A stretch of 64,000 bases of DNA from Gemmatimonadota bacterium. GTDB lineage: Bacteria; Gemmatimonadota; Gemmatimonadetes; Palauibacterales; Palauibacteraceae. Within the stretch, counting starts at the first letter, position 1, and every line of letters starts with the position of its first letter. Under the pieces are notes generated by a model. It worked only from the letters and a program-made list of their open reading frames with translations, did no database searches and had not been told where the DNA came from. A program made the translations under genes and the position numbers. Positions 30,493 through 38,856 of this stretch are shown piece after piece. Location of the stretch: positions 1 through 64,000 of the forward strand of contig JBDHAC010000008.1 in the NCBI GenBank assembly GCA_039588275.1. The letters are read 5' to 3'.

Positions 30493-31764
30493 TCAGGCGA
30501 TAAGCTTGAGCCGGTCCTTCAACCGCTCGCGGTGTTGTTCGACCTTGAACTCGACGGTCTCAGAGCGGTGTGGATGCTCGCCCAGGTGACCGTAGATCCG
30601 GTCCACTAGCTGTGTCCCGCCGTGTCCTAGTTCCTTGGCGACGGTGAACGGTGCGGTGGGAATCCAGACCTCCTCGTCGCTATCCGGCCTGATGAATCGT
30701 TGACCGGTCTGGAGCCGCGCCGAGCAGTACGTATGCCTGAACATCTTGGACCGAATCTCGCCCTCCGCCCATCCCCCGCGCTTCGCGATCCCGTCGAGTT
30801 GCTTGCGCGTGTCGATGACCATCCCGGTGCCTCGCGCGGATGGGAACAGCAGGCCGTCGGGGGGCGGCCCGAGTGGTCCGTTCAGGTAGGCTAGCAGGAT
30901 CTCTCGAAGCTGCGGCCAGAGAGATATGGTGCGGTGGCTGCCCGCCGTCTTGAGCCGGCGCCATCGGTTTGGGCGAAACGTCACGGTTCCGCGCTCGAAG
31001 CTCACGTCGCCGACCTCTAACCCGAACACCTCGGACATCCGTCCACCCGTCAGGAGAAGCGTGGCGACGAGTTCGTACATGAACGGGTTGGGGTGAGAGG
31101 GATTGGGGGGCTCGTACAGGCGAGCGGCCTCGAGGAACAACGCGGCGTCAGGCACCTCAAGCCAACGGGCCTCCTCCCGGTGTGCGCTTGGCTTGCTGCC
31201 GCGCTTGAGTTTGGCGACCGGGTTGGCGTCGATGCGCTCCTCTTCGACCGCGCGACCGAACAGGTTGGAAAGGGAATTGAGGTAATGACGAGCGGTCCCG
31301 TCACTGATCCGACCGCCACGACGGCTCGGGCGACGGCGAAGGTGCTTGAGATATGCCTTGATATCGCTCGGTCCGATGGATGCCACGTCACGTTCCACCC
31401 CGAAGAACTCGACCGCGGTCTCTAGATGGAGTTCCGCTCGGGCAATCCATGTCTCTTCGACCCTACCTTCTTCGGCTTTCTCTTCGAGGTGGTATTGAGC
31501 GAACTCGCCCAGCGAGCCGGATTCGCGCGCGGTAAGGCCGAGCCCCTTGTTCCGACGGCGATTCTGGAGCGTCTTCAGCCGCTCGCCGACGAGCGCCTCG
31601 GCCACCACAGGATCGTCGGTCGCCCGCGAACCACCCGGCGGGATCAGGGCCTCACGTCGCCCACCCACATCGGCGAAATCTCTGAAGTCGGCGTAGGCGC
31701 GACGCTCCCCGCCGCGCTCTCGCCAGTAAATGCGGGTTTTCCTGCTGCGCGACATCGTACTCAC
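30493..31764 (-). CDS. Tyrosine recombinase / integrase
   Basis: TGGR(MSE), LKT, KMFRHTY, LGH, RIY catalytic pattern; SAM-like core-binding region (TARHYLNSLSNLF...NPV). Confidence 0.93.
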   Translation of the reverse strand: MSTMSRSRKTRIYWRERGGERRAYADFRDFADVGGRREALIPPGGSRATDDPVVAEALVGERLKTLQNRRRNKGLGLTARESGSLGEFAQYHLEEKAEEGRVEETWIARAELHLETAVEFFGVERDVASIGPSDIKAYLKHLRRRPSRRGGRISDGTARHYLNSLSNLFGRAVEEERIDANPVAKLKRGSKPSAHREEARWLEVPDAALFLEAARLYEPPNPSHPNPFMYELVATLLLTGGRMSEVFGLEVGDVSFERGTVTFRPNRWRRLKTAGSHRTISLWPQLREILLAYLNGPLGPPPDGLLFPSARGTGMVIDTRKQLDGIAKRGGWAEGEIRSKMFRHTYCSARLQTGQRFIRPDSDEEVWIPTAPFTVAKELGHGGTQLVDRIYGHLGEHPHRSETVEFKVEQHRERLKDRLKLIA

Positions 31765-31820
31765 CCTCTCACGTTAGCGTCACATGGCTCCCTATTTCCA
31801 CTCGGACCAGGGCTGATGGC

Positions 31821-31876
31821 TTGAACTGGTCCGTGGTTGTCCACTAGAATGTGGACAAGGATGGGTAGTCTGTCAA
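31821..31876. promoter_or_regulatory. Divergent overlapping promoters with a palindromic operator
   Basis: Plus strand TTGAAC-N18-TAGAAT; minus strand TTGACA-N17-CACATT; palindrome TTGTCCAC-N6-GTGGACAA at 31837-31858. Confidence 0.6.
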
Positions 31877-31890
31877 CAGGGGTGTGGCCA

Positions 31891-32139
31891 GTGGATTGGG
31901 TTGAAGCAACCAACCGATTGCTCGCGTGCGGTGTGACGCTGAACGACATCGCGCAGCAGGCAGGACTCAAACACGACACCGTGCGACGGACGCGCCTGGA
32001 CCCGGCGTCGAAATCCTATCGACGGCCACCGGAGAACTGGCGTGTTATCCTCGCAGCCGTCGCCAAACGACGGTCCTTGCAGCTCACCGACTGTGCGGCC
32101 GACCTGCTGACACTGGCGCGCGAGGTCAAGGCGAAGTGA
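31891..32139 (+). CDS. Small putative HTH DNA-binding protein
   Basis: TLNDIAQQAGLKHDTVRRTR fits an HTH pattern; divergent from the integrase. Start may be 31861. Confidence 0.7.
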   Translation: MDWVEATNRLLACGVTLNDIAQQAGLKHDTVRRTRLDPASKSYRRPPENWRVILAAVAKRRSLQLTDCAADLLTLAREVKAK

Positions 32140-32408
32140 ACCTGCTGAAACGGTTGTTCTCTCGATACGGCTCCCCAGGGGGAGGGGCCTCACGTGGTGT
32201 CAACGACGATATCTTGGCGGGCGTCGAGTTTCACGCGACGCTATCGCTCGACACCCCTCTTAGAGTCTTGGAGCACCACAGTGAGTTTCTCGCGGGTCCT
32301 CCGAGTGAGCATGCCGAATATCAGGACATGTCGCAGGGGATCTGGTTGCACCTCCGCAGCAGATGGACGGAGAGACTTTTTCATGACGCGACGGTATTGT
32401 TACGGGCC
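32136..32408 (+). pseudogene. Truncated island gene in frame with thiI
   Basis: GTG overlaps the HTH stop; NDDILAGVEFHATLSLDTPLRVLEHH...GIW looks protein-like; no stop before the thiI ATG. Confidence 0.5.
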
Positions 32409-34019
32409 ATGACAGAGCCCCGAACCCAACCCGGCGGTGCACCGCCTCGAATCGCGACGACTCCAGCGCCGGTGCCCGGCTCGAGCTCGGATCCCGTCGG
32501 CCGAGGCTCGCCGGAGAACGGGGTCACCCGCGCTCTGGTCCGGTTCTCCGGCGAGCTCGCCACGAAGTCCCGGCGCACCCGAGCGCGCTTTCAGAATCGC
32601 CTGCTACGCAACCTACGCGACGCGTTTTCCAGTGAAGGCATCGAGGCGCAAATCGAGACCGGGTGGAGCCGGTTCTACGTCGAGTCGACGAGCGCGGCAT
32701 TCCTGGCGCCGCTTCGGCGCACATTCGGCGTGAGCAGCTGCTCTCTACTCATCGGCGAGTGCGGCGCGAGCCTGCAAGATATCGTCGAGACCGGCACGTC
32801 CCTGTTCGGGCAGCGAGTCAAGGGTCGTACGTTCGCCGTCCGGGCTCGGCGCGCCGGGGAACACGCCTTCCATTCGTCCGACATTCACCGTGAGCTGGGA
32901 GCCGCCCTGAACCCGGGAGCAACGGTTGACCTCGACCATCCCGAGGTGACGGTCCACGTCGAGGTCCGAGATCAGCGCGTCTCTTTCTATGAGGACCGCA
33001 TCGCGGGTGCTGCCGGGCTCCCGCTCGGCGTGCAGGGGCGCGCGATCGCTCTCGTTTCGGGAGGCTTCGACTCGCCGGTCGCGGCATGGATGGCCCTCCG
33101 GCGCGGTATTTCGCTCGATTACGTGTTCTGCAACCTCGGAGGTGCCGCGTACAAACGGATGGTGGTCGAAGTCAGCAAGGTGCTGGCCGATCGATGGAGC
33201 TACGGCACGTACCCCAGGCTGCACGTGCTGGAGTTCGGGCCGGTCGTGGCGGCGATGCAGGAGCGCGCCAAGCCTGCCTACCTCCAGGTCGTCCTGAAGC
33301 GCCTTATGTATCGCGCCGCGTCCGAGATCGCGGCCCGTAGAGATGCGGAGGCGATCCTGACGGGCGAATCCGTGGGGCAGGTCTCCTCCCAAACGTTGGC
33401 GAACCTGCGCGCGATCGAGGACGCGTCGGACCGACCGGTCCTTCGACCCTTGCTCGGATTCCACAAAGAGGAGATCCTCGGCCGGGCCCACGAGATCGGG
33501 ACGCACGATCTTTCCGCGCACGTGCGCGAATATTGCGACGTTGTACCGGACCGGCCGGTAACCGCCTCGAGTCCAGAGGCGGCGAGCGCACAGGAGGAGG
33601 CCGTGGGTCACGCAGAGTTGATGAACGCGATCGCCGACATGGAGGTGTTGAAGCTTCGGTCGCTACGGGCCGCCGAGGTCGTCGGCCCCAACCTGTACGT
33701 GTCCGAGATCTCACCGGGGGCGCGCGTGATCGATACCCGTCAGTCGCAGGCCTTCGAGGCATGGCATTGGCCGGGTGCCGAGCACCGTGATTTCGAGGAC
33801 CTCGACCGGCACTACGGGGAGCTGGATCGAGAAGCGACCTACGTCCTCGTTTGCGCGGAAGGCGTCCGAACCGCTTTCCTGGTCGAGCGGATGCAACAGG
33901 ACGGCTTCGAGGCGTACAGTTTCCTCGGTGGCGCGCCACGATTACGCAAGTTCCAGCGTGATTCGGCGCGAGCCCAGGCCGGAATACCAGAGACGAACCA
34001 GCGTGAACCCACGAACTAG
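32409..34019 (+). CDS. thiI: tRNA 4-thiouridine synthase with C-terminal rhodanese domain
   Basis: GELATKS, THUMP region, GLPLGVQG, PP-loop SGGFDS, TGESVGQVSSQT, EYC, rhodanese LVCAEGVRT. Confidence 0.94.
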   Translation: MTEPRTQPGGAPPRIATTPAPVPGSSSDPVGRGSPENGVTRALVRFSGELATKSRRTRARFQNRLLRNLRDAFSSEGIEAQIETGWSRFYVESTSAAFLAPLRRTFGVSSCSLLIGECGASLQDIVETGTSLFGQRVKGRTFAVRARRAGEHAFHSSDIHRELGAALNPGATVDLDHPEVTVHVEVRDQRVSFYEDRIAGAAGLPLGVQGRAIALVSGGFDSPVAAWMALRRGISLDYVFCNLGGAAYKRMVVEVSKVLADRWSYGTYPRLHVLEFGPVVAAMQERAKPAYLQVVLKRLMYRAASEIAARRDAEAILTGESVGQVSSQTLANLRAIEDASDRPVLRPLLGFHKEEILGRAHEIGTHDLSAHVREYCDVVPDRPVTASSPEAASAQEEAVGHAELMNAIADMEVLKLRSLRAAEVVGPNLYVSEISPGARVIDTRQSQAFEAWHWPGAEHRDFEDLDRHYGELDREATYVLVCAEGVRTAFLVERMQQDGFEAYSFLGGAPRLRKFQRDSARAQAGIPETNQREPTN

Positions 34020-34773
34020 CGTGTCCGATCCGAATCCTCGCTCCGAGGCTCTCGAGCGGGTTCACGAACGCGAGGTCCCGCGTCACGTAGCCGTCATCAT
34101 GGACGGGAACGGTCGCTGGGCGGCCGAGCGAGGGCTGGCGCGCTGGGAGGGACACCGTGCCGGGATGAACGCGGTTCGGGAGGTCATCGAGGGGGCCGCC
34201 GAGGCCGGGATCTCCCACCTCACGCTGTACGCGTTCTCGCAGGAGAACTGGGGCCGGCCCGAGAGCGAAGTGTCCGCCCTCATGTCCCTTCTCGAGGAGT
34301 ACGTGGCGCGCGAGAAGGAAGAGCTGGTGGGCGCCCGCATCAGAGTGAGCGTGTTCGGCGACCGCGGGCGGTTGTCTCCCTCGGCCGTCGCCGCGATCGA
34401 GGACCTGGAGCGCGCGACCGGCGGTGGCGATGCGCTCTTCGTCCATCTCGCCATCAGCTATGGATCACGCGCCGAGATCGTCGACGCGTGTCGCGCGCTG
34501 GCGGAGAGCTGCATGGCAGGGTCGTTGACTCCGGAGGAGATCACCGAGGCTCGCCTTGCGGGTGCGCTCCTCACGCGAGAGTGGCCTGATCCGGACCTCC
34601 TGATCCGGACCTCGGGGGAATGGAGAATCTCGAACTTCCTGCTATGGCAGCTCGCATATGCGGAGATCTACGTCACTCCCGTCCTGTGGCCGGATTTCCG
34701 TCGCGACAACCTGTTCGAAGCGCTGATCGATTATCAGGGTCGTCAGCGCCGGTTCGGAAAGGTCGGCGCGTGA
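34003..34773 (+). CDS. uppS: Undecaprenyl diphosphate synthase
   Basis: HVAVIMDGNGRWA, YAFSQENW, DLLIRTSGEWRISNFLLWQ. Start 34003 or 34021. Confidence 0.96.
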   Translation: MNPRTSVSDPNPRSEALERVHEREVPRHVAVIMDGNGRWAAERGLARWEGHRAGMNAVREVIEGAAEAGISHLTLYAFSQENWGRPESEVSALMSLLEEYVAREKEELVGARIRVSVFGDRGRLSPSAVAAIEDLERATGGGDALFVHLAISYGSRAEIVDACRALAESCMAGSLTPEEITEARLAGALLTREWPDPDLLIRTSGEWRISNFLLWQLAYAEIYVTPVLWPDFRRDNLFEALIDYQGRQRRFGKVGA

Positions 34774-34822
34774 GGGGTCCGGGGCGCAATCCGCGGGTCG
34801 TTCGGTCGGCGGGCGAGCCCTC

Positions 34823-35677
34823 GTGAAGGGCGACCTCAGGACTCGCTTCGCCGTCGCGGGGGTCGGGGTGCCGCTGTGCGCCATGGTCGTGTTCCTTGGC
34901 GGACCCGCCTTCGCGATCGGCCTCGGAGCGGTCGCGGCGGTAGGCTTCTGGGAATACGCGACCATGCTCAGAGCGACCGGCGCGCGCGTCTTCGTCAGGC
35001 TCGGGTGCGCGGGCGTGCTCCTGTACCCCGTGGTCGTCCTCTACGCGGGATTCCCGGGGGGCGGCTTGTACGGCGGGGCACTGCTCCTGGCGTTCAGCGC
35101 GTTCGGCGTCGCGCGCGTGCCCCTCGAGAAACGTCCGATCCTCGCAGCCGGGATGACTTCCTTCGGGGCCCTCTACCTGGGGGGGCTGATCAGCTTCGGG
35201 GTGCCGATCCGCGAGGGCTGGTTGGTGACGCCCCCGGTGGTCGGGCAACCGACAGACCAGCTGGCCCACACGCTGTTCTTCTTCTTCCCCGTCGCGATCA
35301 CGTGGCTCGCTGACACGGCCGCGTTCTTCGGAGGACGAACCTTCGGATCCCGACAGCTGGCCCCCCGCGTGAGCCCGAACAAGACGATCGAGGGGGCGGT
35401 CTCGGCCCTCATCGCCGCTCCCATCGTCGCGCTCATCTATTCCCGATGGGTTCTTCCATCGGGCTGGGAGCTGGGGCTGGGCCCCTCTGCTCTGTTCGGT
35501 CTCGCGGTAGCAACCATGGCGATCGTCGGGGACCTCATCGAATCGGCCCTCAAGCGAGAGTGTGGCGTCAAGGACTCCTCGAGCCTCTTGCCGGGACACG
35601 GAGGTCTCCTGGACCGCCTGGACTCCCTGCTTTGGGCCCTGCCCGCAGCGTACTTCATGATGGTCATCTTCAAGTGA
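34823..35677 (+). CDS. cdsA: Phosphatidate cytidylyltransferase
   Basis: SPNKTIEG, GDLIESALKR..GVKDSS.LLPGHGGLLDRLDS. Confidence 0.96.
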   Translation: MKGDLRTRFAVAGVGVPLCAMVVFLGGPAFAIGLGAVAAVGFWEYATMLRATGARVFVRLGCAGVLLYPVVVLYAGFPGGGLYGGALLLAFSAFGVARVPLEKRPILAAGMTSFGALYLGGLISFGVPIREGWLVTPPVVGQPTDQLAHTLFFFFPVAITWLADTAAFFGGRTFGSRQLAPRVSPNKTIEGAVSALIAAPIVALIYSRWVLPSGWELGLGPSALFGLAVATMAIVGDLIESALKRECGVKDSSSLLPGHGGLLDRLDSLLWALPAAYFMMVIFK

Positions 35678-35720
35678 TGGCCGGCGTGGCGAAGACGGGG
35701 CTGCGCCCGGGTGGCGCCCG

Positions 35721-36941
35721 ATGAGCCGGACCGGCGTCACTCTCCTCGGCGCGACCGGGTCGATCGGGCGCTCGGCGCTTCGGGTCATCGAACGCCACTC
35801 GGACCGCTTTCGCCTTGTCGCGCTCACCGCGCACCGAAACGCCGCCGAGCTCGATCGCCTCGCGGGCGAGCTGGAGCCGGAGTTGGTGGTGTTGAGCGAT
35901 GGCCCGGAGCCCGGCTTCACGCCGAGCTGGACGGGGGAGTGGCGGTTCGGAGAGGACGGGCTCATCGAAGCGGTCGAGCGACCCTCGGCCGACATCGTCT
36001 TGAACGCCCTGGTGGGAGTTGCCGGGCTCGGACCTACGCTCCGCGCGCTAGAGGCCGGGAAGCGGCTAGCGCTCGCGAACAAGGAGTCGCTCGTGGCCGG
36101 CGGCGCCCTCGTGATGGAAGCACAGGCTCGCGGTGGCGGCGAGATCCTCCCCGTGGACAGCGAGCACAGCGCGATCCACCAATGCCTCGGCGGTCGTCCG
36201 ACCGAGGAGATCCGACGGTTGATCCTCACGGCGTCGGGCGGACCGTTTCGAGAGCTCCCGCGCGCCGCGCTTGCCGGTGTGACGCCGGAGGACGCCCTGG
36301 CACACCCGACTTGGGACATGGGAGCCAAGATCACGATCGACTCGGCGACGCTCGCCAACAAGGCGCTCGAGGTAATCGAGGGGCATTTTCTGTTCGGGAT
36401 TCCTTTCGAGCAGATCTCGGTCGTGGTGCACCCCAGCTCGATCGTGCACTCTATGGTCGAGTTTCGTGATGGGTCGACGATCGCGCAGATGGGGCTTCCG
36501 ACGATGGAGGTCCCGATCCTGTACGCCCTGGCCTACCCGGTGCGTCCCGAAGATGGACAGGCGGAGTTCGACCCGGTCACCGCCGGGCCGCTCGCCTTCG
36601 AGCCGGTTCGAGAGGACGTGTTTCCGATGTTCAGGCTCGGTGTGGACGCAGGTCGCGCGGGCGGGGTGATGCCGGTGGTATTCAACGCCGTGAACGAAGA
36701 GGCGGTTGCGGCGTTTCTTGACGAGCGGGTGGGCTTCACCGAACTACCCGAGCTCGTGCGGCATACTATGGAGTGCTTCGAGCCCGAGCCCGTGCGGACC
36801 GTCGACCACGTCTGGGAGATCGATCGAGCGGCTCGCGAGATGGCTCGGAGGGCGATGGCGGGGCGAAGCCTCGGAACCTCGAGCCCCGCTGCGGGTGACA
36901 GTCCAAGGCCGATCCACGTACAGACACCGCGAGAGGTTTAG
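35721..36941 (+). CDS. dxr: 1-deoxy-D-xylulose-5-phosphate reductoisomerase
   Basis: LGATGSIG, LANKESLV, PVDSEH, HPTWDMGAKITIDSAT. Confidence 0.97.
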   Translation: MSRTGVTLLGATGSIGRSALRVIERHSDRFRLVALTAHRNAAELDRLAGELEPELVVLSDGPEPGFTPSWTGEWRFGEDGLIEAVERPSADIVLNALVGVAGLGPTLRALEAGKRLALANKESLVAGGALVMEAQARGGGEILPVDSEHSAIHQCLGGRPTEEIRRLILTASGGPFRELPRAALAGVTPEDALAHPTWDMGAKITIDSATLANKALEVIEGHFLFGIPFEQISVVVHPSSIVHSMVEFRDGSTIAQMGLPTMEVPILYALAYPVRPEDGQAEFDPVTAGPLAFEPVREDVFPMFRLGVDAGRAGGVMPVVFNAVNEEAVAAFLDERVGFTELPELVRHTMECFEPEPVRTVDHVWEIDRAAREMARRAMAGRSLGTSSPAAGDSPRPIHVQTPREV

Positions 36942-38027
36942 GTGCTTTTCACGATAGGCGTGACGATCCTCGTGCTCGGAGTGCTGATCTTCGTGCACGA
37001 GCTGGGACACTTCATGGCCGCCAAGGCGGTCGACATCGAGGTGCCGCGGTTCTCGATCGGCCTGGGCCCCAAGATGGTCGGGTTCCGCAGGGGCGAGACC
37101 GAGTACGTGATCTCCTGGGTCCCGCTCGGCGGCTACGTGAAGATGGCCGGGATGGCGGACGAAGAAGTCACGTCGAAGCTCGAGGGAGGACTGGAAAAGC
37201 GGCGGCCCTCCGCGCGCGACTTCGAGGCGAAACCCGTATGGGCTCGAACGCTCGTGATCCTCGCTGGCGTGATCATGAACTGGCTCTTCGCGATCGGTGC
37301 GTTCACGGCGCTCGCAATCGAGACCGGTGTGCTGGAGCCCCGCGTTCAAGAGGTGGTCGAAGGCTCGCCCGCCGAGGCCGCCGGCCTTCAGCCGGGTGAT
37401 CTGATCCGGGCCATCGACGGGACTACGGTCGAAGAGCCCACGCACGTCACGATCCTCATCCAGCGCAAGCCCGGAGAGCCAATCGATATCGAGGTGGAGC
37501 GGGACGGCGAAATCGTGGGTCTTCGGGCCACGCCCGAAGCCGTAGAGCTCTACAGCGAGATCGCTCGCGAGAGCCAGACCGTGGGCCGAGTCGGGATCAC
37601 GATCGGAGCGGATTCGACGCGCACGGTTGGCCCGGTGGAAGCGCTCGGCCAAGGGTGGGCCCAAACCGTGTACTGGACCGGGACGGTCGTCCGATTCCTC
37701 AAGGATCTGGTTACGGGTCGCAGCTCCGTGCGTGAGCTCGGCGGGCCGATCATGATCGGCCAGATCTCCGGTGAGGCGGCGCGCGGTGGCATCTGGCCCC
37801 TCCTCGCCTTCATGGCGGTCATCAGCATCAATCTCGCGGTCCTCAACCTGTTGCCGATCCCGGTTCTGGATGGGGGGCACCTCGTGTTCCTGGTGGTGGA
37901 GGCGGTGCGGGGGAGAGCCCTCAGCATCGAGCAGCGGCTGCGCTGGACCACAGCGGGGATGGTCGTCGTCGTCGGGCTGATGATCTGGGCGATCGGCAAC
38001 GACTTGATGCGCCTCTTCAGGCTGTAG
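36942..38027 (+). CDS. rseP: RIP metalloprotease RseP
   Basis: HELGH, PDZ domain, NLLPIPVLDGG. Confidence 0.96.
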   Translation: MLFTIGVTILVLGVLIFVHELGHFMAAKAVDIEVPRFSIGLGPKMVGFRRGETEYVISWVPLGGYVKMAGMADEEVTSKLEGGLEKRRPSARDFEAKPVWARTLVILAGVIMNWLFAIGAFTALAIETGVLEPRVQEVVEGSPAEAAGLQPGDLIRAIDGTTVEEPTHVTILIQRKPGEPIDIEVERDGEIVGLRATPEAVELYSEIARESQTVGRVGITIGADSTRTVGPVEALGQGWAQTVYWTGTVVRFLKDLVTGRSSVRELGGPIMIGQISGEAARGGIWPLLAFMAVISINLAVLNLLPIPVLDGGHLVFLVVEAVRGRALSIEQRLRWTTAGMVVVVGLMIWAIGNDLMRLFRL

Positions 38028-38856
38028 AGAACAGGGAGAGCTGCGGGCCTTCCGTGCGGGCCCGCACGAGAGCCTCGACATCGTATCGGGGCGTCGGTTC
38101 CTCCTGCGGGGCCGCGTCCAGCAATCCTTCGTAACGGACCTTGTCCAGGTCTTCTCGCACCCGATCGAGCGCACGAAGGGGATCGTTGCACTCGACACTC
38201 AAATGAGCGAGCAACATTCCGCCCATTCTCGGGTGGGCCAGCTCGCGGGCGAACTCCCCGGCGAGTCGGTTGGACAGGTGCCCGCGACTCCCCCCGATCC
38301 GCTGCTTCACCGACCACGGGTAAGGTCCTTCACGCAGCAGTCGCTCGTCATGGTTCGACTCGAGGACCACGAAAGCGCAATCCCGCATGGCCTGCCGGAC
38401 GAGGGTCGTGGGTCGCCCGAGGTCGGTAGCGACCCCGACTTTGAGGCGGGTGCGAACGTCGGTGACCGTGACGACGACGGGGTCCACGGCGTCGTGACAT
38501 GTCAGCACGGGATGGACCTCGAGCGTGCCCACGCGCACCGCGCGACCCGCCCTCATCGGCTCGATCTGCTCCTCGCCTTTGAGCAGGCTGGCACACGCCC
38601 GAGCCGTGCGCTCGTTCACGTACAGCGGCCAGCCCCAACGTCGAGCGCCGACTCCGATCCCCCTCGTATGATCACGGTGCTCGTGCGTGACCACGACTCC
38701 GTCGACGGACTCCGGATCCACATCAAGCGCCTCCAGCCTCCGAGCCAGCTCCCTCCCGCTGAAGCCGGCATCGACCAGGAGGCGTGCATCCTCGGTCTCG
38801 ATCAGGAACGCGTTGCCTCTGCTCCCGCTCCCGAGAGATGCGACGGTGAGGCTCAT
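38017..38856 (-). CDS. MBL-fold metallohydrolase (YycJ/WalJ-like)
   Basis: LGSGSRGN, THEHRDH, HDA, TDLG, LESNHD, GHLSN, AHLS. Confidence 0.92.
   Translation of the reverse strand: MSLTVASLGSGSRGNAFLIETEDARLLVDAGFSGRELARRLEALDVDPESVDGVVVTHEHRDHTRGIGVGARRWGWPLYVNERTARACASLLKGEEQIEPMRAGRAVRVGTLEVHPVLTCHDAVDPVVVTVTDVRTRLKVGVATDLGRPTTLVRQAMRDCAFVVLESNHDERLLREGPYPWSVKQRIGGSRGHLSNRLAGEFARELAHPRMGGMLLAHLSVECNDPLRALDRVREDLDKVRYEGLLDAAPQEEPTPRYDVEALVRARTEGPQLSLFSTA

Larger units (their letters stand above)
29442..32360. mobile_element. Small tRNA-associated integrative island remnant
   Basis: Lies directly 3' of the tRNA and interrupts core genes; carries a tyrosine integrase, an HTH gene, an orphan lipoprotein and a truncated gene. 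No attR repeat seen; right boundary approximate. Confidence 0.75.

Noticed and set aside
31761..31979. 72-aa minus-strand ORF ending at the integrase start (possible excisionase), and an ATG-TGA mini-ORF at 31785-31780
   Set aside because: The ORF overlaps the HTH gene and the promoter region and has no Xis-like features; the mini-ORF SD spacing is only 2 nt
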